A stretch of 64,000 bases of DNA from an uncultured virus (IMG/VR IMGVR_UViG_3300005683_000014) (IMGVR_UViG_3300005683_000014), one strand, 5' to 3'; numbered from the stretch's first letter, positions 8,229 to 16,095 are shown. Program-made: numbers and translations. The notes: generated by a model from the letters alone, not told the origin.

Positions 8229-9011
8229 GTGAAACAGATGAGCATTCCCAAGAACGAGACCGACTTCCCCATCTCCGTCGAGCAGTTCAACGAGCTGACC
8301 GACACGAGCATCCCCCTGGTTCCTCTCAAGCAGCGCAACCTCAAGTCCAAGGACGAGCGCTTCAAGGCGAAGCGCAAGGCGATCGAGCAGAAGGACAAGC
8401 GTGAGGCTCGTCGAGTGCCGGCCAAGGTCGCGTCCATCAACAACGACGTCATCATGGTCGACGAGCAGCACCCTGCCAAGGCGCCGGTCAAGAACAAGAG
8501 CCGGCGCCGTCGTCTCGCCAAGGCTGCCGTGAAGCTGAAGGAGCAGATGGCCCGGCTCAAGATGCCCGCCAACGCTCTCCAGCGCGTCGTGGCGCTCTAT
8601 CAGGCTGCGTGCAAGTACGAGTGCGCCGTGCAGCCCAAGAGGCATCCTGCGCTCGCTCTGGAGCCCGTCTACCTGCCCAGGCCGGTCAAGTACCGGATGA
8701 ACGGCAACGGCCAGCCCAAGCTCGACAGGAAGGGCAATCCGATCGAGAAGAAGGCGGCGTGGCGGCTCGTGGAGTACAAGCTCGTGCCTCGGAACCCCGG
8801 CGTGCTGTTCGACAACGTCAAGATGGCCCTCTCGGAGGAGAAGCGCGAGCTGCTCAAGAAGGAAATCGAATTCCCGAAGTTCGCTGTCGAGAACGGGAAG
8901 GTCTTCGGCCTGAACGCCAAGGGTGTGCGTCTCTTCGAGAGTGATCCCGACGGCCACAACGTGATTCTCCTCGGAAACTGGTTCACGCCGGCGCAGGAGG
9001 TTACGGCATGA
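8229..9011 (+). CDS. Basic hypothetical protein
   Basis: AGGAGG RBS, strong codon bias. Confidence 0.75.
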   Translation: MKQMSIPKNETDFPISVEQFNELTDTSIPLVPLKQRNLKSKDERFKAKRKAIEQKDKREARRVPAKVASINNDVIMVDEQHPAKAPVKNKSRRRRLAKAAVKLKEQMARLKMPANALQRVVALYQAACKYECAVQPKRHPALALEPVYLPRPVKYRMNGNGQPKLDRKGNPIEKKAAWRLVEYKLVPRNPGVLFDNVKMALSEEKRELLKKEIEFPKFAVENGKVFGLNAKGVRLFESDPDGHNVILLGNWFTPAQEVTA

Positions 9012-9289
9012 CGCACATTCATTTCCTCCTTGGGTCTCTCGTCTTCGTCGGCCTGTGGCTGGCGAAGGTCATCATGGCGACCTTTCAGGAGACTTGGCGC
9101 GATGACATCAGCGTTCAGCACCAAACGAGGCAGGAGGGGCAATCTTACATCGAGACCATTAGAGTGGTTGACGTCAACCCCGCCACGAATCCCTCCAAGC
9201 CATGGTATTTCGCGGCGTGGTTGGATTTCGCCACGGCTATCGTGCTGGGTGTTACTGGTCTGGTGATGGCACTGGTGCAACATGCCTGA
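9008..9289 (+). CDS. Two-TM membrane protein
   Basis: Hydrophobic termini, ATGA overlap, AGGAGG. Confidence 0.6.
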   Translation: MTHIHFLLGSLVFVGLWLAKVIMATFQETWRDDISVQHQTRQEGQSYIETIRVVDVNPATNPSKPWYFAAWLDFATAIVLGVTGLVMALVQHA

Positions 9290-9491
9290 GAGCAATCCCA
9301 GTCGCGGGGGCACTGTTATTGAAATGGACAGTGGTCCTCCGTGCCGGCCCATCAACATACCACTTCATCACGAGTTGCGACTCACGTTCGAGCAACGTCG
9401 AGAGATTGCGGCCTTGTTCCTACGGGAACATTGCCGTGGTGTTTGCTCGGTGAGTCTGATTCAATACATTGAGGGCATGAACAGACCATGA
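9282..9491 (+). CDS. Hypothetical protein
   Basis: Operon position. Confidence 0.45.
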   Translation: MPESNPSRGGTVIEMDSGPPCRPINIPLHHELRLTFEQRREIAALFLREHCRGVCSVSLIQYIEGMNRP

Positions 9492-9694
9492 CTTACCTAG
9501 TGACCTGGAAACGCCGTATCGGTCGCATTCAGCCGGCCTCGGGGTTTGCGAATCTGGAAGCTCAACTCGTGACTGCCGATGACGAAGCAGAAGCCCTGAC
9601 CATTGTCCCTACGGAGGGCTTCGATGAGCAGGCGATACACATCGGAAAGTTGAACAAGCCTACTCTCCTCACCGAAATGAAGGTTGGCGCATGA
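9488..9694 (+). CDS. Hypothetical protein
   Basis: ATGA overlaps at both ends. Confidence 0.55.
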   Translation: MTYLVTWKRRIGRIQPASGFANLEAQLVTADDEAEALTIVPTEGFDEQAIHIGKLNKPTLLTEMKVGA

Positions 9695-10635
9695 CCAAGG
9701 TACTCAACATCACACATGCTGGGTGCCTCGACGGCGCCTGTAGCACATGGCTGGTCCGGAAAGCATTTCCTGACTGCACCATTCTCTCGGTCGGGGCCGG
9801 GAGACCGCTTCCCCCTCTCCCCGAGATCGAGGGCGGGTGGGACCTCATCCTCGTGACCGACATCTCCTTCGAGCTGGAGGACATGGATCGATTGGACGCC
9901 ACGGGGGCCGAGGTCGAGTTGCTCGACCACCACAAGAGCGCGTTCGACCGGCTTGGTGATACCAAGTGGGCGGCGTACCTGAGCAAGACCATGAGCGGGT
10001 CTCTGGTGACCTACAATTGGTTGTGCGACTACGTCAAGGACGACTGGGACGAGGCCACGCAAGAGATTGTGGCCTACCACAGCGACATCGATTTGTGGCA
10101 GTTCAAGCTCCCTCGGGCCCGAGACTTCCTGCATTACAACTACGCCAAGGTGCGCATCAGCAACATCGAGGAGTCGTTGGCCGACCTCGACGCACTGCAT
10201 GCGAAGTGGAGCGCGAATCCTGTTGCTGTGCTCGACCTCGGTGAGGTCATGCGCGAGCGCGCTGAACGGCAGATTGCTCGCGCCGCCGACCGCGTCGTGT
10301 GGTCGGACTTCATGGGCTACCGCAACGTGCCGGTCGTCAACTGCGAGGCCGACCTCAGCTCCGAGGTGGGCAACTACCTCGCGCGCCAAGCGAAGGAGAA
10401 GAACGCAGGAAACGATTTCGCGGCCGACTTCGCTGTGTGCTGGATGGTCGACACCAACGACCATTTCGAGGCTGAGATCAAGGTCTCGTTCCGCTCCGTG
10501 ACCGGCTCGGGCAACTGTCTCGACCTCGCGACCCAGTACGGCGGCGGGGGGCACATCAAGGCTTGTGGCTGTCGCTTCAAGCCCTCGGTGTGGTTCAAGA
10601 TGCTGCGAGACGAGACGGGGGAGGAGTGGACGTGA
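9691..10635 (+). CDS. DHH/DHHA1 family phosphoesterase
   Basis: HAGCLDG, VTDIS, LDHHKS, DIDLW, SFRS, GGGGH. Confidence 0.9.
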   Translation: MTKVLNITHAGCLDGACSTWLVRKAFPDCTILSVGAGRPLPPLPEIEGGWDLILVTDISFELEDMDRLDATGAEVELLDHHKSAFDRLGDTKWAAYLSKTMSGSLVTYNWLCDYVKDDWDEATQEIVAYHSDIDLWQFKLPRARDFLHYNYAKVRISNIEESLADLDALHAKWSANPVAVLDLGEVMRERAERQIARAADRVVWSDFMGYRNVPVVNCEADLSSEVGNYLARQAKEKNAGNDFAADFAVCWMVDTNDHFEAEIKVSFRSVTGSGNCLDLATQYGGGGHIKACGCRFKPSVWFKMLRDETGEEWT

Positions 10636-10796
10636 GAATCCCATCCTGGCTTCTACTCGTGGCAGTCGGAATCATGCTGGTCGTTGGTGCTGTCATGCTA
10701 GGCCGGAGTATTGAGTCTGCCGAACAGCAAGCTAAAGAACAACAAGACCAGCGCACGATTGCTCTGTGTCGACAGGTCGTGAAGGACGCGAAGTGA
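10632..10796 (+). CDS. Small membrane-anchored protein
   Basis: N-terminal TM segment, GAGGAG RBS. Confidence 0.55.
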   Translation: MRIPSWLLLVAVGIMLVVGAVMLGRSIESAEQQAKEQQDQRTIALCRQVVKDAK

Positions 10797-10815
10797 AACA
10801 CTTCAAAGGAGCATC

Positions 10816-11169
10816 ATGAAAACCGATTCGTTCGAACACCCGGAGGTCAACAAGACCATGGAGATCAAAATCAACTCTCCGTGGATTGCGCGACAGCTTC
10901 TGGGTCTGTTCAGCCAGAGGCGTGAATCCCGTGTTGATCAGTACTGGGGCACGCGCCTCGCAGCCGATCATGTACCCGAGCTGCGTTTCAGGGTCAGTGA
11001 TCAACATGACCTGGAGAAGATGCAGTACGTGGCAGCTCAAGCCGCCGACAAGAACGCCACGCGCGTGTACTTGAACAAGCGCGCTGAAGTGGAGTACACC
11101 CTCGCCAACATGAGGGACGACTTCGACAACCTGCCCGATGCAGATCCCGAGCCGTTCCGCCCATGGTGA
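10816..11169 (+). CDS. Hypothetical protein
   Basis: AAGGAG RBS. Confidence 0.7.
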   Translation: MKTDSFEHPEVNKTMEIKINSPWIARQLLGLFSQRRESRVDQYWGTRLAADHVPELRFRVSDQHDLEKMQYVAAQAADKNATRVYLNKRAEVEYTLANMRDDFDNLPDADPEPFRPW

Positions 11170-12250
11170 GGAATGGTGGGCTGGTACCGGAGAAGCCTCT
11201 GCACCCTGCTGTGATAAGCCCAACAAACGGGTGCATGACTTGAACCGCCCATGCCCTATTTGTGCCCCGTCCCCTGAAAACACCCGCCCCCCTGTACATA
11301 CCGGGGGAGGGTAATGACGGGGGTAGGGTAACGAATTCGCGTTCCATCCTCCCCTCTCCTGTGTCCTAAGGCTTACACACGACCCTGGTCCTGCTCCTGT
11401 TCGAGGCGCGGGACTGGGGTCGTTGCGTTTCTGGATTGGAGCTGGATCGGGATCCCGGGGAGCCCCTTGAGAGGGTTCAGCAAACCGCCTCCGAGGTCCC
11501 TGGCAAACTTGCCCAGGCGCATGCCCCCAAGGCCCAGCAAGGCGTGTCCAGGCAGAAGGGGAGGCTACCCTACGCACTTTGGACTCGACGCGTCCTGGGG
11601 CCTTCTGAGCGCGTTCTGGGACCCGGCGTCCGGGAACTACCAATTCATAAGTGAATTAATAGGTGAGTAGTAGTTCATCATCAGCAGAACTTATGGATGC
11701 CCTAGCAATCGAACTACTCCAACAAGTTCGTGGCGTTGCGCGCCATGTGCAAAGAATACACATGGTGTGTACAGATTCACCCACAAGCTGCGCAGCCCGA
11801 CCTCGTGCAGGAGAACAAGCTCTTGAAATCCCACCAAATTTTTCGAAAACGGTTTCGTTTCGAAACGCGAATCGGCCATGGGTATCGCTGTATCGAAATT
11901 CATTCCGTATCAGAAAAATTATCCCACTATATCGGAGGGACCGGGTGCTCTGGGGGAGCGTGCTGGGGCCCGAGCGAGCGCCCGGTCGGGGCACCGAGTG
12001 ACTGCTCGGTCGCGACATCGATTTCGTGACCAGGCAGTTGCTCTTTCGGCCGAGCGACTGTTCGGTCACGGTATCAGTTTGCGACGCTCCCGAGCCGGGC
12101 TAGTAGGAAGGTATGAACGCGCCCGAGCCCGGGCTAGTGTGAAAACAGTTTCGCACTAGCGAAAGCGCTTTCTCGCTTGCGACCGTGATAGGTGCGCAAA
12201 CGGTTGCACACTGAAACGGTTTCGGCACGGTCGCAAGCGGCTCGGCGCGT

Positions 12251-12266
12251 TGGCATTGCGCTTGCT
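12251..12266 (+). promoter_or_regulatory. Sigma54-like -24/-12 promoter at the start of the island
   Basis: TGGCATTGCGCTTGCT, exact GG-N10-GC spacing. Confidence 0.55.
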
Positions 12267-12316
12267 CACTCTCTGCCCGTTCGCGGCGCAAGCCCGAACC
12301 TAGGCGAGCGTTCCCC

Positions 12317-12387
12317 GGCTCACTAGAGCCCGCGTCTTTGTCCCTTGGCTTATTCCTAGCGCCAAGCGACGCGGGCTCTAATGAGCC
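12317..12387 (+). repeat. Island spacer hairpin unit 1
   Basis: GGCTCACTAGAGCCCGCGTC / GACGCGGGCTCTAATGAGCC, 20-bp stem with one mismatch. Confidence 0.85.
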
Positions 12388-12416
12388 GCAATCAAGCGGT
12401 TTCCGGAGGTTCTAAG

Positions 12417-12587
12417 ATGTATCCGACCGATGCTGAATGGTCCGCTTTCATGGTCGAAATCGCTCCCTTCCCTTGGCTCGGGCAATTAAAGCCCGCGCCG
12501 AGCAAGCCCGAGCACAAGCCCGAGCCCGAGCCGATGTTCACGGCTCGCGCGGTCAAGGGTTTCGACCCGTTCGATTCTGACGATTGA
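12417..12587 (+). CDS. Island cassette ORF, small hypothetical protein
   Basis: GGAGGT RBS; MYPTDAEW...KPEPEP. Confidence 0.65.
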   Translation: MYPTDAEWSAFMVEIAPFPWLGQLKPAPSKPEHKPEPEPMFTARAVKGFDPFDSDD

Positions 12588-12589
12588 AC

Positions 12590-12660
12590 CCGGGCTCGGG
12601 AGCATGGCTCCCGGGCTCAATTGAGCCTGTTAGCTAGCTGCTAGCGGGCTCACTTGAGCC
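12590..12660 (+). repeat. Island spacer two-hairpin unit 2
   Basis: GGCTCGGGAGC-ATG-GCTCCCGGGCT then GGCTCAATTGAGCCTGTTAG...CTAGCGGGCTCACTTGAGCC. Confidence 0.9.
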
Positions 12661-12708
12661 GATACCGGTTCCGTTCGCCAACCCAGCTTCCCAAACAATG
12701 AGGTTCCA

Positions 12709-13323
12709 ATGTACGCGTTCCCGTTCCCGTCCTTTCTCGCCTTTCTGGCTTTCATCTTCACGGCCTTCCTGTTCATCGGCGCGGTCGTCATGGCGCGCGA
12801 GACGTTCCGGGCGCACAAGCTCGGGCGCGAGTCGGGCGCACTGAAGCTGCACAAGCTCCGCCGTTCCTTCTACAGCGTGCGCGCCGAGCTTGTGGCTTGG
12901 CTCGCGGCTCGCGTGAAAGAGCGCGGGCTCAAGTGGATTGCAACCGACAACGCGCCCGATACGTTTGAGCGGCTCATGAGCGAGACTAGCGCAACGCGCA
13001 TGCTCGTTAGCCCCGCAATCGCTGATAACTACTTCGGCAACGCGTATGACTCCAATATGTTCCAAGCGTGGCACGATTCAGAGCACCATCGCACGGGCTT
13101 CGATTTCAGCGAAGCCGGGGAAGCGGCTCTTACCACGGACCATATGCGCGAGGCTAAGCGCACTGGCCTTAGCAGCGCGGCTCGCGCGATGCTGAAAGCG
13201 GCCGTTATGACGCGCGTTCGCTATTACTTTCGCCACAACCGCTTTCCGACCCGTCAAAGCGCTATGCTTTGGCTCGCGTTCGCGTATGGCGAATCGGCCG
13301 CGTTGGCTAACGCGAGCCTGTAA
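12709..13323 (+). CDS. Island cassette ORF, N-terminal TM plus FQAWHDxxH putative metal-binding domain
   Basis: GAGGT RBS; MFQAWHDSEHH...F...GE motif. Confidence 0.7.
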   Translation: MYAFPFPSFLAFLAFIFTAFLFIGAVVMARETFRAHKLGRESGALKLHKLRRSFYSVRAELVAWLAARVKERGLKWIATDNAPDTFERLMSETSATRMLVSPAIADNYFGNAYDSNMFQAWHDSEHHRTGFDFSEAGEAALTTDHMREAKRTGLSSAARAMLKAAVMTRVRYYFRHNRFPTRQSAMLWLAFAYGESAALANASL

Positions 13324-13399
13324 GCCTACCTGCTAGAGCCCGGGCGCGTTGCTTGGGCTCGCCTCCCCTACCTCTAACCCTTCACTCCCGAGGTAATCA

Positions 13400-13639
13400 A
13401 TGAAGCTCCCGAACCCTGTTCCCGTCGTCAAGCGCGCGCTCCCCGGGCGCGCTTGGGTTGACACGTTCCGCTTGGCGTTCGCGCCCGGAGCCGCGTTGCT
13501 TGCGCTTGACCATGGCAACCCTGCGATGTTCGTTATCACGGTTGTTTCCGTGGGCTTGGCGCACGGTATCCACAAACACTTGCGCAAGGCGGCGCACAAG
13601 CGCAAAACCGCGCGCAAGGCGGCGCATAACCGCCACTAA
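13400..13639 (+). CDS. Island cassette ORF, membrane protein with basic tail
   Basis: GAGGT RBS. Confidence 0.65.
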   Translation: MKLPNPVPVVKRALPGRAWVDTFRLAFAPGAALLALDHGNPAMFVITVVSVGLAHGIHKHLRKAAHKRKTARKAAHNRH

Positions 13640-13642
13640 TCG

Positions 13643-13754
13643 CCCGGCTCGGGAGCTTAGCTCCCGGGCTCAATTGAGCCTGCTAGCGTTCCTGCTAGCG
13701 CTGATAGCGGAGACCGCCAACGGTAGGCGCTTCGCTAGCAGGCTCACTTGAGCC
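13643..13754 (+). repeat. Island spacer two-hairpin unit 3 (expanded loop)
   Basis: GGCTCGGGAGC-TTA-GCTCCCGG; GGCTCAATTGAGCCTGCTAGCG...CGCTAGCAGGCTCACTTGAGCC. Confidence 0.9.
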
Positions 13755-13783
13755 TATCTCGGGCTCTAACGGAGGTAATCTCT

Positions 13784-13996
13784 ATGGCAATCAAGGGTAA
13801 GGTTATGAACGGGCAGAATATGCCCGAAACCACGTTCGGAACGCTCGGCGGGGTCGGGCAGAACAGCGGCTCGGCGCGTCAATGGCGCGGTTCCGACCCG
13901 GCTCCGGGCTTGGCCGCATTCCTTTCCGAGCTTGGGTTCGGGCCCGAGCCCGAGCCCGAGCCCGGGCTTATGCTCGGGCCTTGGTTCAAGCGTTGA
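13784..13996 (+). CDS. Island cassette ORF, hypothetical protein
   Basis: GGAGGT RBS; GPEPEPEPG. Confidence 0.65.
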   Translation: MAIKGKVMNGQNMPETTFGTLGGVGQNSGSARQWRGSDPAPGLAAFLSELGFGPEPEPEPGLMLGPWFKR

Positions 13997-13999
13997 CAA

Positions 14000-14070
14000 C
14001 CGGGCTCGGGAGCCATGCTCCCGGGCTCAATTGAGCCTGTTAGACGCGTTCTAGCGGGCTCACTTGAGCC
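14000..14070 (+). repeat. Island spacer two-hairpin unit 4
   Basis: Near-identical to unit 2, differing only in the loops. Confidence 0.9.
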
Positions 14071-14099
14071 TTACCCTGTTCTCAATCTAAAGAGGTTCT

Positions 14100-14450
14100 A
14101 TGGCGCGAATTCTGAGGCTACAGAATGCTGCGGGCGATGGTCCTTACTCCAATTTTGAATGGCACAACCCGGCAACGCTGTATACTACGCTTGCTAACCG
14201 GCCGTTGCCTCCCGGGGATTTGCTTTGGAATATGCAAATGGGTTGGAACGGAGCCCGCGAATATCGGTTCGGCTTCCGCAACGTGAAGCAAGCCCGCGCA
14301 TGGTTTAATGATGCGGGCGAACGGAAACGGCTCCGGGCGCTTGGATACCGGTTCCGTTGGGTTAACGGAACCATCGCGGGCGATGACGGTAAACAGGTTT
14401 GGTTCAAGCCCGAGCCCGAGCCCGAAACCCGTTCAAGTGAGGTATCATGA
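14100..14450 (+). CDS. Island cassette ORF, phage early protein (RxxNxxGxGPY...FGF...WF...QVxF pattern)
   Basis: GAGGT RBS; motif pattern. Confidence 0.7.
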   Translation: MARILRLQNAAGDGPYSNFEWHNPATLYTTLANRPLPPGDLLWNMQMGWNGAREYRFGFRNVKQARAWFNDAGERKRLRALGYRFRWVNGTIAGDDGKQVWFKPEPEPETRSSEVS

Positions 14451-14764
14451 AAGGCTTTAATTTCGTCATTCTCCCTACGGCCGGACCGCTCGGGAACCCG
14501 ATTCCCGAAAGCGAGCTGGAACCGTGGTATAACTCGGCGCGAGCCGCGTTCGCTAACGCTTTCGGAGGCTATACAGAATCCGAGGCGCTTGGCGGTTGGG
14601 TTGCGGGCTCGGGCTTCACGGTTTCCGAACCCGTGCGAATCCTAGAGGCTTTCGGCGACGATAAGCCCGAGGTTCGGGCGCGCGTTGCTCAAACGCTGAA
14701 AGCCGGGCTCGGGCAAGCGGCCGTCATGGTTGGCTTTAAGCCCGGCTCGGCCGAATTCATCTAA
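14447..14764 (+). CDS. Island cassette ORF, SAM lyase/DUF3574-like ferredoxin-fold protein
   Basis: FGGYT...GGW...G..VSEPV...LGQAAVMV; ATGA overlap, GAGGT RBS. Confidence 0.55.
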   Translation: MKGFNFVILPTAGPLGNPIPESELEPWYNSARAAFANAFGGYTESEALGGWVAGSGFTVSEPVRILEAFGDDKPEVRARVAQTLKAGLGQAAVMVGFKPGSAEFI

Positions 14765-14842
14765 CCGGGCTCGGGAGCATGGCTCCCGGGCTCACTTTCG
14801 CGTCATAGGCTCGGGCTCGGGCTTGTGGCGCGAACGTGAGCC
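14765..14842 (+). repeat. Island spacer two-hairpin unit 5 (covaried stem)
   Basis: Same first hairpin; GGCTCAC-T-TTCGCGTCATAGGC / GCTTGTGGCGCGAA-C-GTGAGCC. Confidence 0.85.
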
Positions 14843-14872
14843 TGATTCCCCTACTCTGTCAACGGAGGTTCT

Positions 14873-15190
14873 ATGTTCGGTTTCTCGCCTCTTTCGCCCG
14901 CTTACGGCCGCGATTACAAGTCGACGGCCGAAATCATCCGGGATTGGAACGCCGGAAAGGATTTCATGACGCCGGGCGGTTCCTATGCCAACCGCGATGA
15001 TGCTGTCAACGCGGGCTTGCGTAGCGTCAACGTGCGCTATGACAAGCTCCGCAAGGTCGCGGTTCTGAAGCTCGGCGCCGATGGAAAAGCGCCCGAGCCG
15101 AAACCGCGCGCCAAGCGCCCGAGCAAGCCCGCGCCGAGCACGGCTCCCGAGCCCGAGCCTTACGATAGCGCTATCATCGCGGGTAGCTAA
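14873..15190 (+). CDS. Island cassette ORF, PAYGRDYKS-motif phage protein
   Basis: GGAGGT RBS; LSPAYGRDYKS...GKDF...VRY. Confidence 0.7.
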   Translation: MFGFSPLSPAYGRDYKSTAEIIRDWNAGKDFMTPGGSYANRDDAVNAGLRSVNVRYDKLRKVAVLKLGADGKAPEPKPRAKRPSKPAPSTAPEPEPYDSAIIAGS

Positions 15191-15213
15191 TGGTTATCAT
15201 CGGGCTTAACCTC

Positions 15214-15264
15214 TCGCCCGGCTCAACTCGGGAGNNNNNNNNNCTCCCGAGTTGAGCCGGGCGA
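15214..15264 (+). repeat. Island spacer hairpin unit 6, spanning a scaffold gap
   Basis: TCGCCCGGCTCAACTCGGGAG-(N gap)-CTCCCGAGTTGAGCCGGGCGA. Confidence 0.6.
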
Positions 15265-15312
15265 ATCAACGCGCAACGGTCAACTCTACAACGTTCTGGC
15301 TCCGGAGGTTCA

Positions 15313-15489
15313 ATGCTTCGAATCCTGCTAGCGCTCGGCGCCATGCTCGGCGCATGCGACGTCAACCCGCTCTATGAGCCCGGTTGCGACGTGGTAAACG
15401 TTACGCGTGACGCGCCGAGCTTCTACTCGCTCAATCCAACGGAGCCCGGTGCGCTCATGAGCGATGCTGTAGACCGGGCGCTTGCCTAG
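15313..15489 (+). CDS. Island cassette ORF, 58-aa lipoprotein (not in ORF track)
   Basis: GGAGGT RBS; MLRILLALGAMLGAC lipobox. Confidence 0.7.
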   Translation: MLRILLALGAMLGACDVNPLYEPGCDVVNVTRDAPSFYSLNPTEPGALMSDAVDRALA

Positions 15490-15566
15490 CCAAAGGACAC
15501 TAGCCCGGGCTAACTCGGGAGGTTCCTTAGCTAGCGCGGGCTCCAAACCTCGGGAGGCTTACGCGC

Positions 15567-15623
15567 ATGTATATACTTGCAGCGTTGCTAATCTTGGCTA
15601 TGGCGTTCGGCCGTTGCCTCTAA
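15567..15623 (+). CDS. Possible 18-aa hydrophobic peptide
   Basis: GGAGG RBS; MYILAALLILAMAFGRCL. Confidence 0.35.
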   Translation: MYILAALLILAMAFGRCL

Positions 15624-16059
15624 TTTCCTAGGTGCGGACGCAAGGCCTGCTAACCCGTGAAGGCTAGCAGGCCCTTTGCGTTTCTAGCCCGGGCGCGTGG
15701 TAGGGTAGGGGAAGGGTAGCCTTGCCCTAGTCGACGCGTTAGAGCGCTTCCTAGACGCGTTCTAAGCGAACCTGCTAGCAGCTTCACTTGAGCCCGAGCA
15801 AGCAAACGGTTTCGCACTAGCAGGGGAGCAACGGCCTTGACCGTCAACCCAAGCGTGCCGATGGTAGGGGAGCCGGGCTGCTAGCTTCTAATCGGTTCCT
15901 GTTCACTGGGTTTCTCAGGCCGAACGCGGCCCGCGCGCTAGAGCCCGCGGAGACAGTTTCAAGGGCTTGCACTAGCGAAAGCCCTTCGGAGCCTTATTCT
16001 AGGCCGTCTAGCGCGGTTCTGAAACGATTTCCGAGAGCGCGAGCGAGAGCGAGAGGCGT

Positions 16060-16095
16060 TGGCATGCCCATTGCAGGCCTGCAACCCCCGTGCCA
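16060..16095. promoter_or_regulatory. Two face-to-face sigma54-like motifs
   Basis: Plus strand TGGCATGCCCATTGCA (16060-16075); minus strand TGGCACGGGGGTTGCA (16095-16080). Confidence 0.55.

Noticed and set aside
7988..8404. ORFs 7988-8404 and 61089-61538 as full-length genes
   Set aside because: Their 5' parts may be coding, but the 3' halves overlap stronger genes; boundaries cannot be supported.
12317..15264. Island repeats as a CRISPR array
   Set aside because: Intervening sequences are whole genes of 0.2-1 kb, repeats vary in length, and there is no cas operon; the Cas4-like gene is a standard phage exonuclease.
12317..15264. Classical integron attC array
   Set aside because: No RYYYAAC/GTTRRRY core sites and no tyrosine integrase in the window; kept only as an analogy.
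15214..15264. Perfect palindrome as a hairpin telomere
   Set aside because: It spans an N gap and matches the spacer family; the perfect symmetry may be an assembly artefact, and no protelomerase is seen.
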